Source: Patescibacteria group bacterium (GTDB lineage: Bacteria > Patescibacteriota > Patescibacteriia > UBA9934). From it: a stretch of DNA of 64,000 bases. Below, piece by piece: positions 49,081 through 58,462 of this stretch. The first letter of the stretch is position 1. Each line of letters begins with the position of its first letter. The stretch spans positions 38 through 64,037 of the forward strand of contig JBAZUI010000002.1 in NCBI GenBank assembly GCA_041661425.1. The letters are read 5' to 3'. Below the pieces are notes generated by a model. It searched no databases. It was given only the letters and a program-made list of their open reading frames with translations, and was not told the DNA's origin. A program made the translations under genes and the position numbers.

Positions 49081-49917
49081 ATGTTCCAGACGCTTTTCGT
49101 GGTTCTTTTTATCCTGTTCTCTTCCGTGGCCGAGGCCGCCTGCCTCGCCTGGGGAGCGGGAACGGTGCTCGGGTTCGAGGCTGCGGTCTGCACCCACGAA
49201 TACGTGGGTGCTTACTGCGCCGAGACCCACCGGGTGGTGGTGCGCCTGCCGAGCGGGCGTGTGGCCGAAAAAATGGCCTGCGTTCGCACGGTCTCGTATG
49301 TGAGCCATGCCTACGTTCACACCTATGCACCGCGACCCGTGTACCACCCCCCGGTGCACTATGTGGCCCCGAGGCCTTACTATCAGCCTCGGCCCGCATA
49401 TCATCCGCCGCAGGTCGTCTATACCACTCGGCCGCACTGGGTGCCAACGAGGAGCATCCCGCAGGCGCCGATGGTGTCGGTGACGCTTCGCGAGGAGCGT
49501 CGAGTGGCCTCACCGCCCGCGCCGCTCGCGGGTGTGAACCTTGGGGGGCCGACCACGCTTGCACAGGCGCGGGTAGTGCGTGAGCAACGCGCAAGCGAGG
49601 CAGTTGCTTCGGCTTCATCCCCGCAGCAAACGCTCGTGGTGATGGCGGCCGCCCCGAGTGCGAGCGCGGCCGATCTTGAATCGGCGCGTCGCGAGAGCGC
49701 CTCAGCTCAGGCCGAAGTGGCACGGCTCCGCGCCGAGCTCGAGAGACTCAAGCTCGAGCGCGATCAGGCGCTCCGAAACCTCGAGGCGCTCCGCGCCGAG
49801 AACACAACGCTCGTCGACCAGAGCCGAGAGATCCTCGCTCAGCGCGCCGAGTACCTGGCGCAGGCCAAGCTCCGCGCCGAGAGGATTGAGGAGCTCGAGC
49901 GGCGGCTCGAGAACTAG
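49081..49917 (+). CDS. GC-rich orphan secreted protein (Cys domain, Pro/Tyr/His-rich linker, coiled coil)
   Basis: GGGAG SD; signal peptide ending AEA; TTGACG-17-TACGCT promoter; perfect palindrome GGGCGGACCCGCGGGTCCGCCC at the stop. Confidence 0.75.
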   Translation: MFQTLFVVLFILFSSVAEAACLAWGAGTVLGFEAAVCTHEYVGAYCAETHRVVVRLPSGRVAEKMACVRTVSYVSHAYVHTYAPRPVYHPPVHYVAPRPYYQPRPAYHPPQVVYTTRPHWVPTRSIPQAPMVSVTLREERRVASPPAPLAGVNLGGPTTLAQARVVREQRASEAVASASSPQQTLVVMAAAPSASAADLESARRESASAQAEVARLRAELERLKLERDQALRNLEALRAENTTLVDQSREILAQRAEYLAQAKLRAERIEELERRLEN

Positions 49918-49996
49918 GGCGGACCCGCGGGTCCGCCCATACGTCAAAATCAAAACCCCCAAAGCCAATCGTCTTGTGCTGAGGGGGTTTATGCTG

Positions 49997-50374
49997 TTAG
50001 GAAGCGTCAACGGATAGGCCGATTTGTGTCATCACAAAATTTGTTATCGCATAAGCTGCAAGAATGATGATAAGACCAATCACAGCGTTCATAAGGAGAG
50101 TTTGTGCTTTCTTTGTTTTTTCAGCCTCACCGCCTGCTGTCATCCAAAGGAATCCGGCATAAATCGTGAAAGCAAGGAAGACAATGCCAAGGAAGCTCAA
50201 GAGCGTATAGATGATTTGTCCAATGAATGATGGAAGGTCCATATTGGAGAGCCCGCTATTCCCTTGAACGTCACTTAGCCATCCGTCTCCCAATGGCGTT
50301 TGGGCGAATGTTGGCGTGACTCCGGCAAAAATCGGCAGAACCGTTGCAATGGACGTGGCAATGATTTTTTTCAT
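49997..50374 (-). CDS. TrbC/VirB2-like pilin
   Basis: Signal peptide + YAGFLWMTAGG..KKAQ..L.NAVIGLIII..AYAI. Confidence 0.85.
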   Translation of the reverse strand: MKKIIATSIATVLPIFAGVTPTFAQTPLGDGWLSDVQGNSGLSNMDLPSFIGQIIYTLLSFLGIVFLAFTIYAGFLWMTAGGEAEKTKKAQTLLMNAVIGLIIILAAYAITNFVMTQIGLSVDAS

Positions 50375-50400
50375 ATTGAAATAATTTATTTAATCACATT

Positions 50401-50799
50401 TTATAGGTTGGTGGTTGTTACACCTCCATATTTTCCTGACACTAAGTCTATCACAAATGCCGCGATGGCATAAGACGCAAGAATGAGGATAAGCCCAATA
50501 ACAGCATTAATAAGAAAACTTTGCGCTTTTTCCACCTGTTCTTTTTTTCCACCGGCTGTCATCCAAAGGAACCCGGCATAAATATTAAATCCCAATAGAA
50601 TAATTCCCACGATTGAAAGAACGGAATAAATCAACAACGAAGTAATCGAAATGATATTTTGATTTTCCAGTTCGTTGCCGTAGATTTGTGTTCCAGCGGA
50701 TTCTAACTGATCGTCAAAAATATCTGCAAGTTGCGCTTGCGCCATTTGAGGAAGAAAACCGCAGGAAAGACCAAAAAGGAGAACGAGAAGGTATTTCAC
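50401..50799 (-). CDS. TrbC/VirB2-like pilin
   Basis: GTG start; YAGFLWMTAGG..EKAQ..LINAVIGL. Confidence 0.82.
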   Translation of the reverse strand: MKYLLVLLFGLSCGFLPQMAQAQLADIFDDQLESAGTQIYGNELENQNIISITSLLIYSVLSIVGIILLGFNIYAGFLWMTAGGKKEQVEKAQSFLINAVIGLILILASYAIAAFVIDLVSGKYGGVTTTNL

Positions 50800-50801
50800 A
50801 A

Positions 50802-51173
50802 TTAGGAGGTTAGCATGGTAAGGACAAACTGTGTGAGGGCGTACGCCGCAATAACAATGAGAAGCCCGATTACGGAATTCACAAGAATATCCTGTGCTTT
50901 TTTGACGTGCGTTTTTTCTCCCCCGGCTGTCATCCAAATGACACCAGCGTAAATAGTGAGGACCAGGAAAATAACGCCAAGAATGCCAAGAAGGGGAGAA
51001 ATAATGCGCGCGCCGACAAAGCTTCCGATGTCTTGCGTGGCATCGGAACTATCAAGAGAACCATAAATCACTTCACCGGTTTCTGTAAGTCCAGTACTGT
51101 CCGTACTGATTTGCGCAAAAGCAAAACCTGGAAAGAGCAAGAGAATCCCCGTGAAAACTATCAGTTTTCGCAT
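50802..51173 (-). CDS. TrbC/VirB2-like pilin
   Basis: YAGVIWMTAGG..KKAQ..LVNSVIGL. Confidence 0.82.
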   Translation of the reverse strand: MRKLIVFTGILLLFPGFAFAQISTDSTGLTETGEVIYGSLDSSDATQDIGSFVGARIISPLLGILGVIFLVLTIYAGVIWMTAGGEKTHVKKAQDILVNSVIGLLIVIAAYALTQFVLTMLTS

Positions 51174-51219
51174 AGCGAAAGGTCCAAAAATCTTTGGACC
51201 AATCGTCGTGTGAAAACAA

Positions 51220-51627
51220 TTACGCGGTTGCGTTGATGACTGAGTCGAGAACGAACTGCGTGATGGCGTACGCGGCAAGAATAAGCGCTAAACCAATCAC
51301 ACCGGCAATGAGAAGCTTTTTTGCATCCGAGACCTTATCGTCATTTCCACCGGCTGTCATCCATTTGAATCCGCCAATAAGAACAATGATGACAGCAATG
51401 ATTCCAAGGAAACCAAGAGCGACTTTAATAAGGTTTCCGATTGTCTCTTTGAGGTCAGCGGTTCCAAGGCCGGAAGCATCGCTAAAATCTTCATCCAAAA
51501 GATCGGAAGTGTCGAGTTCGGCGTGAGCAATCATTGGCTTAGCGATTTGAACAGCGCTCAAGAGCGAGATAGCAAGGGTCATGCCGAGTCCAATGCTCAA
51601 GGTGTAGCGAAGGAGAGGTGTGATCAT
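51220..51627 (-). CDS. TrbC/VirB2-like pilin
   Basis: GGFKWMTAGGNDDKV..AKK....VIGL. Confidence 0.85.
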   Translation of the reverse strand: MITPLLRYTLSIGLGMTLAISLLSAVQIAKPMIAHAELDTSDLLDEDFSDASGLGTADLKETIGNLIKVALGFLGIIAVIIVLIGGFKWMTAGGNDDKVSDAKKLLIAGVIGLALILAAYAITQFVLDSVINATA

Positions 51628-51656
51628 AGGAAAGATTAATTATTTATTATTTATTT

Positions 51657-51995
51657 TTAACCGGCGACATTGCCCGAAAGGACCGCATTGAAAATGGCAT
51701 CCACCGCAACATAGGCTCCTGCAATCAAGATGAGTCCAAGGGTGGTCCAGATAAGAATGGATTGCCCTTGTTTGATTTGCTCAGGTTTTCCCATTGAGAT
51801 GATCCAAAGAAGCCCGCCGTACATGAACATCACAAGCGCGACGGTTCCAAGAACCGAAAGGGCGCCCTGGATAATACGTGCCGCAATGAGGCGGGGATCG
51901 GTAATACCCAATGGATTCGTAAGTGCGACCGCTTGTGCGATGCACGGGAAGGCGATGAGCCCTGTAGAAAGAATAAATGGGAGGACCTTTTTCAT
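51657..51995 (-). CDS. TrbC/VirB2-like pilin
   Basis: LTNPLG; YGGLLWIISMG..EQIKQG..L.W..LGL. Confidence 0.8.
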   Translation of the reverse strand: MKKVLPFILSTGLIAFPCIAQAVALTNPLGITDPRLIAARIIQGALSVLGTVALVMFMYGGLLWIISMGKPEQIKQGQSILIWTTLGLILIAGAYVAVDAIFNAVLSGNVAG

Positions 51996-52020
51996 AAAAA
52001 CATTATACCAAAGATATCCA

Positions 52021-52542
52021 TTATTCAGTGGTGGTATTGAGGATATCATGCGCATCGCCGGAACCGGCATTATCGAGGATGTCGGAAATGGTTTCCTCAC
52101 CTTCGGGCGATTCTCCTGTTTTGAGGACGCTTACCACAAACGCGATAATGGCATAAGACGAGAAAATAATGACGATTCCAATCACCGCGCCAACAATCGC
52201 TTTCTGGCCGGTTTTAATGGCCTCGGGTTTTCCTTGAGCCGTGATCCAAAGGAATCCTCCATAAATAAAAACGCAAAGAACCGCGGTGCCGCTGATGCCA
52301 AGAAGAAAGACGGAAATATTCACGACAACCTGCAAAAGGTCATCGAGCGTGCATTCGCCGGTGTCGCGGCATGCGCAATCATCGTCAGCTCCTGTGCAGA
52401 TATTTGCATAAATCAATCCTTGATCCATGATGTCATTGTATTGTTCTCCAACCGTCTGCGCTTGCGCGGTTGGCAGAAAACAAAACATCCCGGTGCAAAG
52501 AACCGACGCAAAGAAAATTCCAAGACGTTTGGCCAAAGCCAT
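52021..52542 (-). CDS. TrbC/VirB2-like pilin with Cys-rich N-domain
   Basis: C..CAC..G.CTLDD; YGGFLWITAQG..AIKTG..AIVGAVIG. Confidence 0.8.
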   Translation of the reverse strand: MALAKRLGIFFASVLCTGMFCFLPTAQAQTVGEQYNDIMDQGLIYANICTGADDDCACRDTGECTLDDLLQVVVNISVFLLGISGTAVLCVFIYGGFLWITAQGKPEAIKTGQKAIVGAVIGIVIIFSSYAIIAFVVSVLKTGESPEGEETISDILDNAGSGDAHDILNTTTE

Positions 52543-52637
52543 AATTAACTGCAGTATAGCAAATCCAAGAGCGAGGCTCAAAATAAAAACACACAGCTTG
52601 GAAAAAGTGTGTGTTTTTTTGTGAGTCGTTTGGTGAG

Positions 52638-54026
52638 CTAGTACGTTTGGCTGACTTTTTGCGCGGCGTCATCGATGGCTTCGTCGCCCTCGACCGAACC
52701 GTCGAGCATTTGTGTTATTAAGTCGCGCAGGGCCTGCTCCGCCACCTCAATATCATTCCCAAGATACCAACTTTTTGCCGTGAGAGTCTGTTCGGCAAAC
52801 ACTCCAAGCTCCGGATCGTCAAGATCGTTCCCAATGAGCGATCGGAGTGCGGTTGGTTTATTGGCGGCCTCAAGATAATTGGTCACCTGATCCTCGTCGG
52901 CGGCAAAGAGAATAAAATCCCAAGCCCAATCAGAGTGCTCCGTATTTTTTGCAACGGTTTCAATCCAATAATTGGCGAAATTTACTTCTTGACCGCCATC
53001 GATTTGTGGAAGTTTACTGATGCTGAAATTGAGTTTTGGTGCGGCCGTTCGAACGAGTGGGATGTAATAGCTGTATCCAAGCATCATGGCGGTTTGTCCG
53101 CTTGTGAACGCATCAAAGGAGTTGGAGTATGAATCATTCCAGGTGTAAACCTCTTTTGTTGGATTGGCAAAATCTGTGTAAAAACGCACGGCATCAAGCC
53201 CGGGGTAAACGTCTTCTCCGGCATCATCGGGAACGAGATTGAACGTGACTCGGCCGCGATCATCGGTCATGGCTGTGCCATTTTGCATCATGAGGATGGA
53301 GAGAATATCACCAGCGCGTTCAACGTTTTCAGCGGTTCCCAATGCAGCGCCCGATTGGTCGACTTCACCTTCAGCATTGTAAGTTGTGAGGGCGATCACA
53401 TCATTTTGGAACTCGGTCCAGGTGGTTGGGGGAGTGGCGATTCCTGCGGCGTCAAGCAGATCCTTATTATAAAAGAGTGCGAGGGAATCAACGGAAAGCG
53501 GAAGCCCGAAAATACGGGACTCAACATCAGAATTATCATCCGCCTGATAATCGCGAACCACATCGAATGCAATTTGCTCTACAAACGTTGCTTCCAATTC
53601 GCGGGCGGTCATGGTGGGTTTTTGAACGGCCACGTTTACGGTTTCGCGTTTAACTGTTCCTTGAGTTTGGAGTTCGGATACGGTGATTTGAGATGGCATG
53701 GGTTGCATCAAGCCCTGATATTCGCCCATCCAGGTATTGTGCACGGAGAAAATATCCGGGCCTTTTCCTTCGGCAAAAGCACGCACGAGTTCATCCCGAT
53801 ATTCATCGTAGCGAAGTTCACGATAATCAATGGAAACATTCGGGTGGAGCGTCTCATAGGCATCAATTAGGGGTTCGTATGCATTTGCATCATCAAAAAC
53901 TCCCCAAATCGTGAGGGTTAACTCCTCAGCCGTGGTGGTTGTACCACCGCCAAGACAGCCTTGGCCGGTTGTCACGAGGAGCGAAGCAAGCGCTAAATAA
54001 CTCAATGGGCGTAAAAATCGATGCAT
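52638..54026 (-). CDS. Extracellular solute-binding lipoprotein (sugar-binding family 1-like)
   Basis: GQGC lipobox; GPDIF, LALFYNKDLL..AGI..PP.TW.EF, AWDFI. Confidence 0.85.
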   Translation of the reverse strand: MHRFLRPLSYLALASLLVTTGQGCLGGGTTTTAEELTLTIWGVFDDANAYEPLIDAYETLHPNVSIDYRELRYDEYRDELVRAFAEGKGPDIFSVHNTWMGEYQGLMQPMPSQITVSELQTQGTVKRETVNVAVQKPTMTARELEATFVEQIAFDVVRDYQADDNSDVESRIFGLPLSVDSLALFYNKDLLDAAGIATPPTTWTEFQNDVIALTTYNAEGEVDQSGAALGTAENVERAGDILSILMMQNGTAMTDDRGRVTFNLVPDDAGEDVYPGLDAVRFYTDFANPTKEVYTWNDSYSNSFDAFTSGQTAMMLGYSYYIPLVRTAAPKLNFSISKLPQIDGGQEVNFANYWIETVAKNTEHSDWAWDFILFAADEDQVTNYLEAANKPTALRSLIGNDLDDPELGVFAEQTLTAKSWYLGNDIEVAEQALRDLITQMLDGSVEGDEAIDDAAQKVSQTY

Positions 54027-54027
54027 A

Positions 54028-54897
54028 TTATTTCATGAGTTGTTCGAGGTATTGTTTGAAATCTTCGCCAATTTCCGGGTGTTTGAGTCCCAACTCAACC
54101 TGGGCGCGAAGAAAGCCAAGTTTATTTCCACAATCGAGACGATTGCCTTTCATGACTTTGCCATACATGGGAATCGATTGTTTGAGAGCTGTCACAAAAG
54201 CATCGGCCAGGCGAATTTCACCATCTTTTCCCGGTTCCTGGGTTTTTAGAATGTTCATGATTTCCGGGGTGATTACATAATGCCCTGGCGCAATAAAATT
54301 GGATGGGGCATCTTCGGCTTTTGGTTTTTCAACAAAAATATCGATTTTCAAGACGTTTTTCTGTATCATCTCACCCCCGACAACGCCGTAACGTGAGACC
54401 TGATCGTGAGGGACCTCAATAAGGCCGATGACCGGTGCTTCATATTCTTCGTAAGTATCAAGAAGTTGTCGCATCCCAGGCACCTTTGCATCGAAAATAT
54501 CATCGCCAAAAAGAATAGCAACAGGCTCGTCCGGTCCCACAAAAGGAATCGCGGAAAGGAGAGCGTGTCCATCTCCCAATGGTTTTGCTTGGCGTACAAA
54601 GGCGAATTTGGCTAATTTGCCAATGGATCGAATTGTTTCCAGCTCTTGAAGTTTATTTTTTTGCTCCAAGCGATATTCAAGCTCGAAGTTGCGGTCAAAA
54701 TGATCCTCAATGGCGCGTTTGCCATAGGAGGTGACGAAAATGATTTCTTCAATACCAGAATTTACAGCTTCTTCCACGATATATTGAATAATTGGCTTAT
54801 CAACTACGGCAAGCATTTCTTTTGGCTGGGCTTTTGCCGCCGGGAGAAATCGGGTTCCCAATCCCGCAACCGGGATAATGGCTTTTTTGACCTTCAT
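54028..54897 (-). CDS. galU: UTP--glucose-1-phosphate uridylyltransferase
   Basis: KAIIPVAGLGTRFLPA.KAQPKEML, VEKP, DCGNKLG. Confidence 0.93.
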   Translation of the reverse strand: MKVKKAIIPVAGLGTRFLPAAKAQPKEMLAVVDKPIIQYIVEEAVNSGIEEIIFVTSYGKRAIEDHFDRNFELEYRLEQKNKLQELETIRSIGKLAKFAFVRQAKPLGDGHALLSAIPFVGPDEPVAILFGDDIFDAKVPGMRQLLDTYEEYEAPVIGLIEVPHDQVSRYGVVGGEMIQKNVLKIDIFVEKPKAEDAPSNFIAPGHYVITPEIMNILKTQEPGKDGEIRLADAFVTALKQSIPMYGKVMKGNRLDCGNKLGFLRAQVELGLKHPEIGEDFKQYLEQLMK

Positions 54898-54990
54898 AGT
54901 AGTTTTAGTATAACAAATTTGGCGCGTGACGTCTTCATAGGGATTTGGGCTTGATTTTATGGTATTTTTCTGCTATTATTCAGCCGGATT

Positions 54991-55081
<91 letters not shown>

Positions 55082-55277
55082 TGAAAAAATCTCAGCTTCT
55101 GCTGAGGTTTTTTCATTCTGAGGTGGGATTCGAACCTGCCTACCGGCAGGCAGGCGGGTTGGAAGCGAGGCTTGCCAATTCGTAGCCGAGCGATCGAAAA
55201 ACTGCCAGTGGCAGATTTTCGCCAACCCAGGACAGAGTGAGTGAAACGAACGACGACAAAATCCCACCCTCTCCGCC
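55082..55277 (+). repeat. tRNA-Ser terminator plus 3'-end-derived mini-element
   Basis: Terminator 55082-55116; inverted T-arm copy 55122-55136; exact 18-bp direct repeat AATCCCACCCTCTCCGCC (55063-55080 / 55260-55277). Confidence 0.75.
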
Positions 55278-55324
55278 CCGAATATTTTTGTTTGGAGACC
55301 TGGAATGCATTGCCAAAAACAGCA

Positions 55325-56131
55325 TTATAAGGCAACTCGTTTCTTCCGTTTGCCGTTCACTTGTTTGATGCCGTTGCTAGTTAGTATATCGAAGGTAACG
55401 TCGCTTTCTACCAAATAATCACGAGTAGACATTTTCCATTTTTGAGCACCAGAAAAGAGCTCATTGAATGCCATGCAAAAATGATCATCTACAAAGGCCA
55501 TCATGGTTTTTAAGACCTCAGTACGAATTTTGGTCGCTTGTTTCTTGAATTCATCCATGACTGATGGTTCAGGCGGTTTGCCCACGGTTTCTGATAGCTT
55601 CAACCAAAACTCATCCACCATCTTTTCGGTAGGGGGGATTGCATCGATGAATAAAATATTTGTAGCTTCCTCAAGTCTTGGAAACAAATGAAGCCAAGCA
55701 TTCACATAGGTCCAGTATTCGTGCGAAGATGCGGAATAAGTGCTTTTCGCATCTGCTAGTTTTTTTACGTATTCGTTCCGATGTTGTGTGTATTTAAGAG
55801 ATGGTTCTGCCGCGATGAGTTCGGTCGTCTCCAGTACAAGTGGCTCCATTATGTTGTATAGCTGCACAGCCGCACTGTCTACCTTACTTTTTAAATCGTA
55901 AAGCTGACGATATACATCAACTCTCGCTTGTCGCTCTGTTGCTTTGCGCTGTGTAAACATTGCAACCCATACCGAAAAAAGCAAAGTAATAAGCGTTGTT
56001 GAAACGGTTATCCCAGCATCCCACCAAAAGGTAGTTTTAGACTCCAAGGCCCATTTCTGAAAAAGCATTATTATTTGATCCGCCTTACTGGAGAGGTCTA
56101 TAAGGAAATTCTCGTACATATTGTGCAACAC
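55325..56131 (-). CDS. Hypothetical protein (one TM, helical)
   Basis: 268-aa ORF next to the tRNA-Ser repeat; start uncertain. Confidence 0.6.
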   Translation of the reverse strand: MLHNMYENFLIDLSSKADQIIMLFQKWALESKTTFWWDAGITVSTTLITLLFSVWVAMFTQRKATERQARVDVYRQLYDLKSKVDSAAVQLYNIMEPLVLETTELIAAEPSLKYTQHRNEYVKKLADAKSTYSASSHEYWTYVNAWLHLFPRLEEATNILFIDAIPPTEKMVDEFWLKLSETVGKPPEPSVMDEFKKQATKIRTEVLKTMMAFVDDHFCMAFNELFSGAQKWKMSTRDYLVESDVTFDILTSNGIKQVNGKRKKRVAL

Positions 56132-56287
56132 TACTGCTCAAGAGGACTAGATGCAATATCAAGGTCTGTTGATAAAGCAGTATCATTAATTATTGATTTT
56201 TATAACGAATGATTATCCCCTTCGTCACATGATGGCGTATCCGGTGGCCACTTTTATGCTAGACTAAATAAAGTAGATTGATTTTCT

Positions 56288-56548
56288 ATGAAATTTGAGA
56301 ATATTGTAAAAATATTATTGATGTTTGTTGTCGCGATCGTCGCTTTGTTATTTATTCGAAAAGTTGAAAGATACTTGAATGCTGATATTGCCTACAGTCA
56401 ACTGATTTGTGGTGATAGTGCATACATAATCTATAAGGGCTACGACGATCAGGCGGATGATGTAAGGGAGCATGATTTGGCATTAAGATTGCAAGAATGT
56501 CTAAATGTTCAAACTGAATTCCAAAAGACTTCTTTGTTTGGTGAGTAG
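56288..56548 (+). CDS. Small membrane-anchored hypothetical protein
   Basis: 86 aa, N-terminal TM, AT-rich. Confidence 0.55.
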   Translation: MKFENIVKILLMFVVAIVALLFIRKVERYLNADIAYSQLICGDSAYIIYKGYDDQADDVREHDLALRLQECLNVQTEFQKTSLFGE

Positions 56549-56657
56549 TCTCCTGATATCTTAATTAATCGCTCACGTAGTTGTTTGCCATAAGAACAGG
56601 TTGTTACTCATTGCATTTATCAACCTCAATAGGGATTATTTGCTATACTTCTTCTAT

Positions 56658-57518
56658 ATGAAAAATCATCTTGTAAAAAAAGAGCAAATCGTTGCGGGCA
56701 TGAGTTTACTTGCCGGAACGATCATGTTTGCTCTCTTGATTCTTGCGCTTTCATTAAGACTACCTTCTCAACTATCAACATGGGAGGCCTTGGCGGTGTC
56801 TCTATTTTTATGTCCCTTTTTCGATTATTCTTGGATTATTATTAATAAAGCAAAAACTCAACGCGCAGAATGGAAAACGGATTCGAGCACATTCGAGAAG
56901 GCACATTTATATTACGATATTATAAAGGGCATTTTTGGAATTCTATTGATTTGCGCTATCGGGATTGGACTGGGATATCTTTTCTTGCGTGAGACAACGG
57001 GTTTCCTGGTCGGAGCGTCGTTCTTTGTACAGATTGGAGTCTATTTTCTTTATTTTGTATTTCTTCGAAAACCAATTCGTAAATTATTCAAAGGAGCGAT
57101 CTCAAAGGTTCAGCCAAAATCAAGTAAATTCATCCCCCACTATGAGCTAAAAGGGGATAGCGTTTCACTCGATTTAGGAATTCAAGATCTACACAACCGC
57201 GAGAAGCGATTTGTTATTACTTTTTCTTTTACAGAGCTTGAAAAGCTCGAAGTGATGACTTATTTGGAGGCACAACAATTTATGAAATACCAGTCTGGAT
57301 TGGGTCTTGGGGAGAGAATTTCAACGGGCGCAAGTTCTATTCGCGAAAAAATCGAGTTTATCCGAAAAGGTGAGCGACCAAATTATTATAGTGACGTGCG
57401 GGATATGCGCTTGCCTGTGCTTATTATGATGGGGCCAGAGATTTTGTATGCAGTGAGTGTGGGAAATGAGGAAAATGAGGGATTAGTGAATGCATTCAAT
57501 GAATATAAACAAAAATAA
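56658..57518 (+). CDS. Hypothetical membrane protein (4 TM + soluble C-domain)
   Basis: ORF with four hydrophobic segments. Confidence 0.65.
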   Translation: MKNHLVKKEQIVAGMSLLAGTIMFALLILALSLRLPSQLSTWEALAVSLFLCPFFDYSWIIINKAKTQRAEWKTDSSTFEKAHLYYDIIKGIFGILLICAIGIGLGYLFLRETTGFLVGASFFVQIGVYFLYFVFLRKPIRKLFKGAISKVQPKSSKFIPHYELKGDSVSLDLGIQDLHNREKRFVITFSFTELEKLEVMTYLEAQQFMKYQSGLGLGERISTGASSIREKIEFIRKGERPNYYSDVRDMRLPVLIMMGPEILYAVSVGNEENEGLVNAFNEYKQK

Positions 57519-57524
57519 ATATTT

Positions 57525-57857
57525 ATGAAAAAAATTACTCCTGCCCTGCATTCATTTCTTCATGCCCTGCTTCTTACAAGCTACATCGTGCTTGTTGTGC
57601 TTGTCTTATTTAATGCAGAGGCGTGGTTTGGAGACATGAATACGATTCTTGGCCCAATGGCGTTTCTCATGCTCTTGGTTCTTTCAGTTGCTATTTCCGG
57701 AGTGCTCATGTTTGGCAAACCAATCCTCATGTATTTGGATAATAAGAAAACCGAGGCAATACGATTTTTTGGATACACCATCCTTTGGTTTTCAATTCTC
57801 ATGATATTAGTTTTTGCCACTCAGTTTATTGTTGAGCGTTTATTATTCGTGGCATAA
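57525..57857 (+). CDS. Small 3-TM membrane protein
   Basis: 110-aa hydrophobic ORF. Confidence 0.65.
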   Translation: MKKITPALHSFLHALLLTSYIVLVVLVLFNAEAWFGDMNTILGPMAFLMLLVLSVAISGVLMFGKPILMYLDNKKTEAIRFFGYTILWFSILMILVFATQFIVERLLFVA

Positions 57858-57889
57858 CTGGTATCCTTAGGTCAGGGTAATCCAAGAAT

Positions 57890-58462
57890 ATGGAAACTGA
57901 CCGTCTCTTTTTAGCTATTCCACTGCCGATTGAGGTTCGCAAGGAAATCGCCGCAATTGCCGGCCATGTGCACGAACAGTTGCGATTTTCCAAGGTGAGC
58001 TGGGTTCCGATTGAAAATTATCACATCACTCTGCATTTTCTGGGAGAATTCCCCAAGGAATCGCAGAGTGATTTTGTTTTAGCACTTCGAGAAAAAATCT
58101 ATCCAAACTCATTTGAAATTCGGTTAAAAGAGATCGGAGCATTTCCAAGCAAGAAAAATCCACAAACGATTTTTGTGGAAACGACCATTCATCCGTCCCT
58201 TTTGGGCTTGCGAAAAAGGGTTGGAGATGTACTTGCGAGCTTTGGGTGGTCTATTGATCGCCGTGTTTGGCATTCACATGTGACCATTGGTCGAGTGAAG
58301 AAACGCTCGGAAGTTCTGCAACCGGAAAAAATATCTGTTCCTCCCACGTATTTTTCTGTTCGGAGTTTTCAACTCATGAAAAGCACGCTTGGCCACGAGG
58401 GGAGCGCTTACGAGATTGTCTCTCGGTTTCGGCTAGAGGATAAGGAGACCAAGAAGAAGTGA
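57890..58462 (+). CDS. thpR: RNA 2',3'-cyclic phosphodiesterase (2H family)
   Basis: RLFLAI, HITLHFLG, HVTIGR. Confidence 0.9.
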   Translation: METDRLFLAIPLPIEVRKEIAAIAGHVHEQLRFSKVSWVPIENYHITLHFLGEFPKESQSDFVLALREKIYPNSFEIRLKEIGAFPSKKNPQTIFVETTIHPSLLGLRKRVGDVLASFGWSIDRRVWHSHVTIGRVKKRSEVLQPEKISVPPTYFSVRSFQLMKSTLGHEGSAYEIVSRFRLEDKETKKK

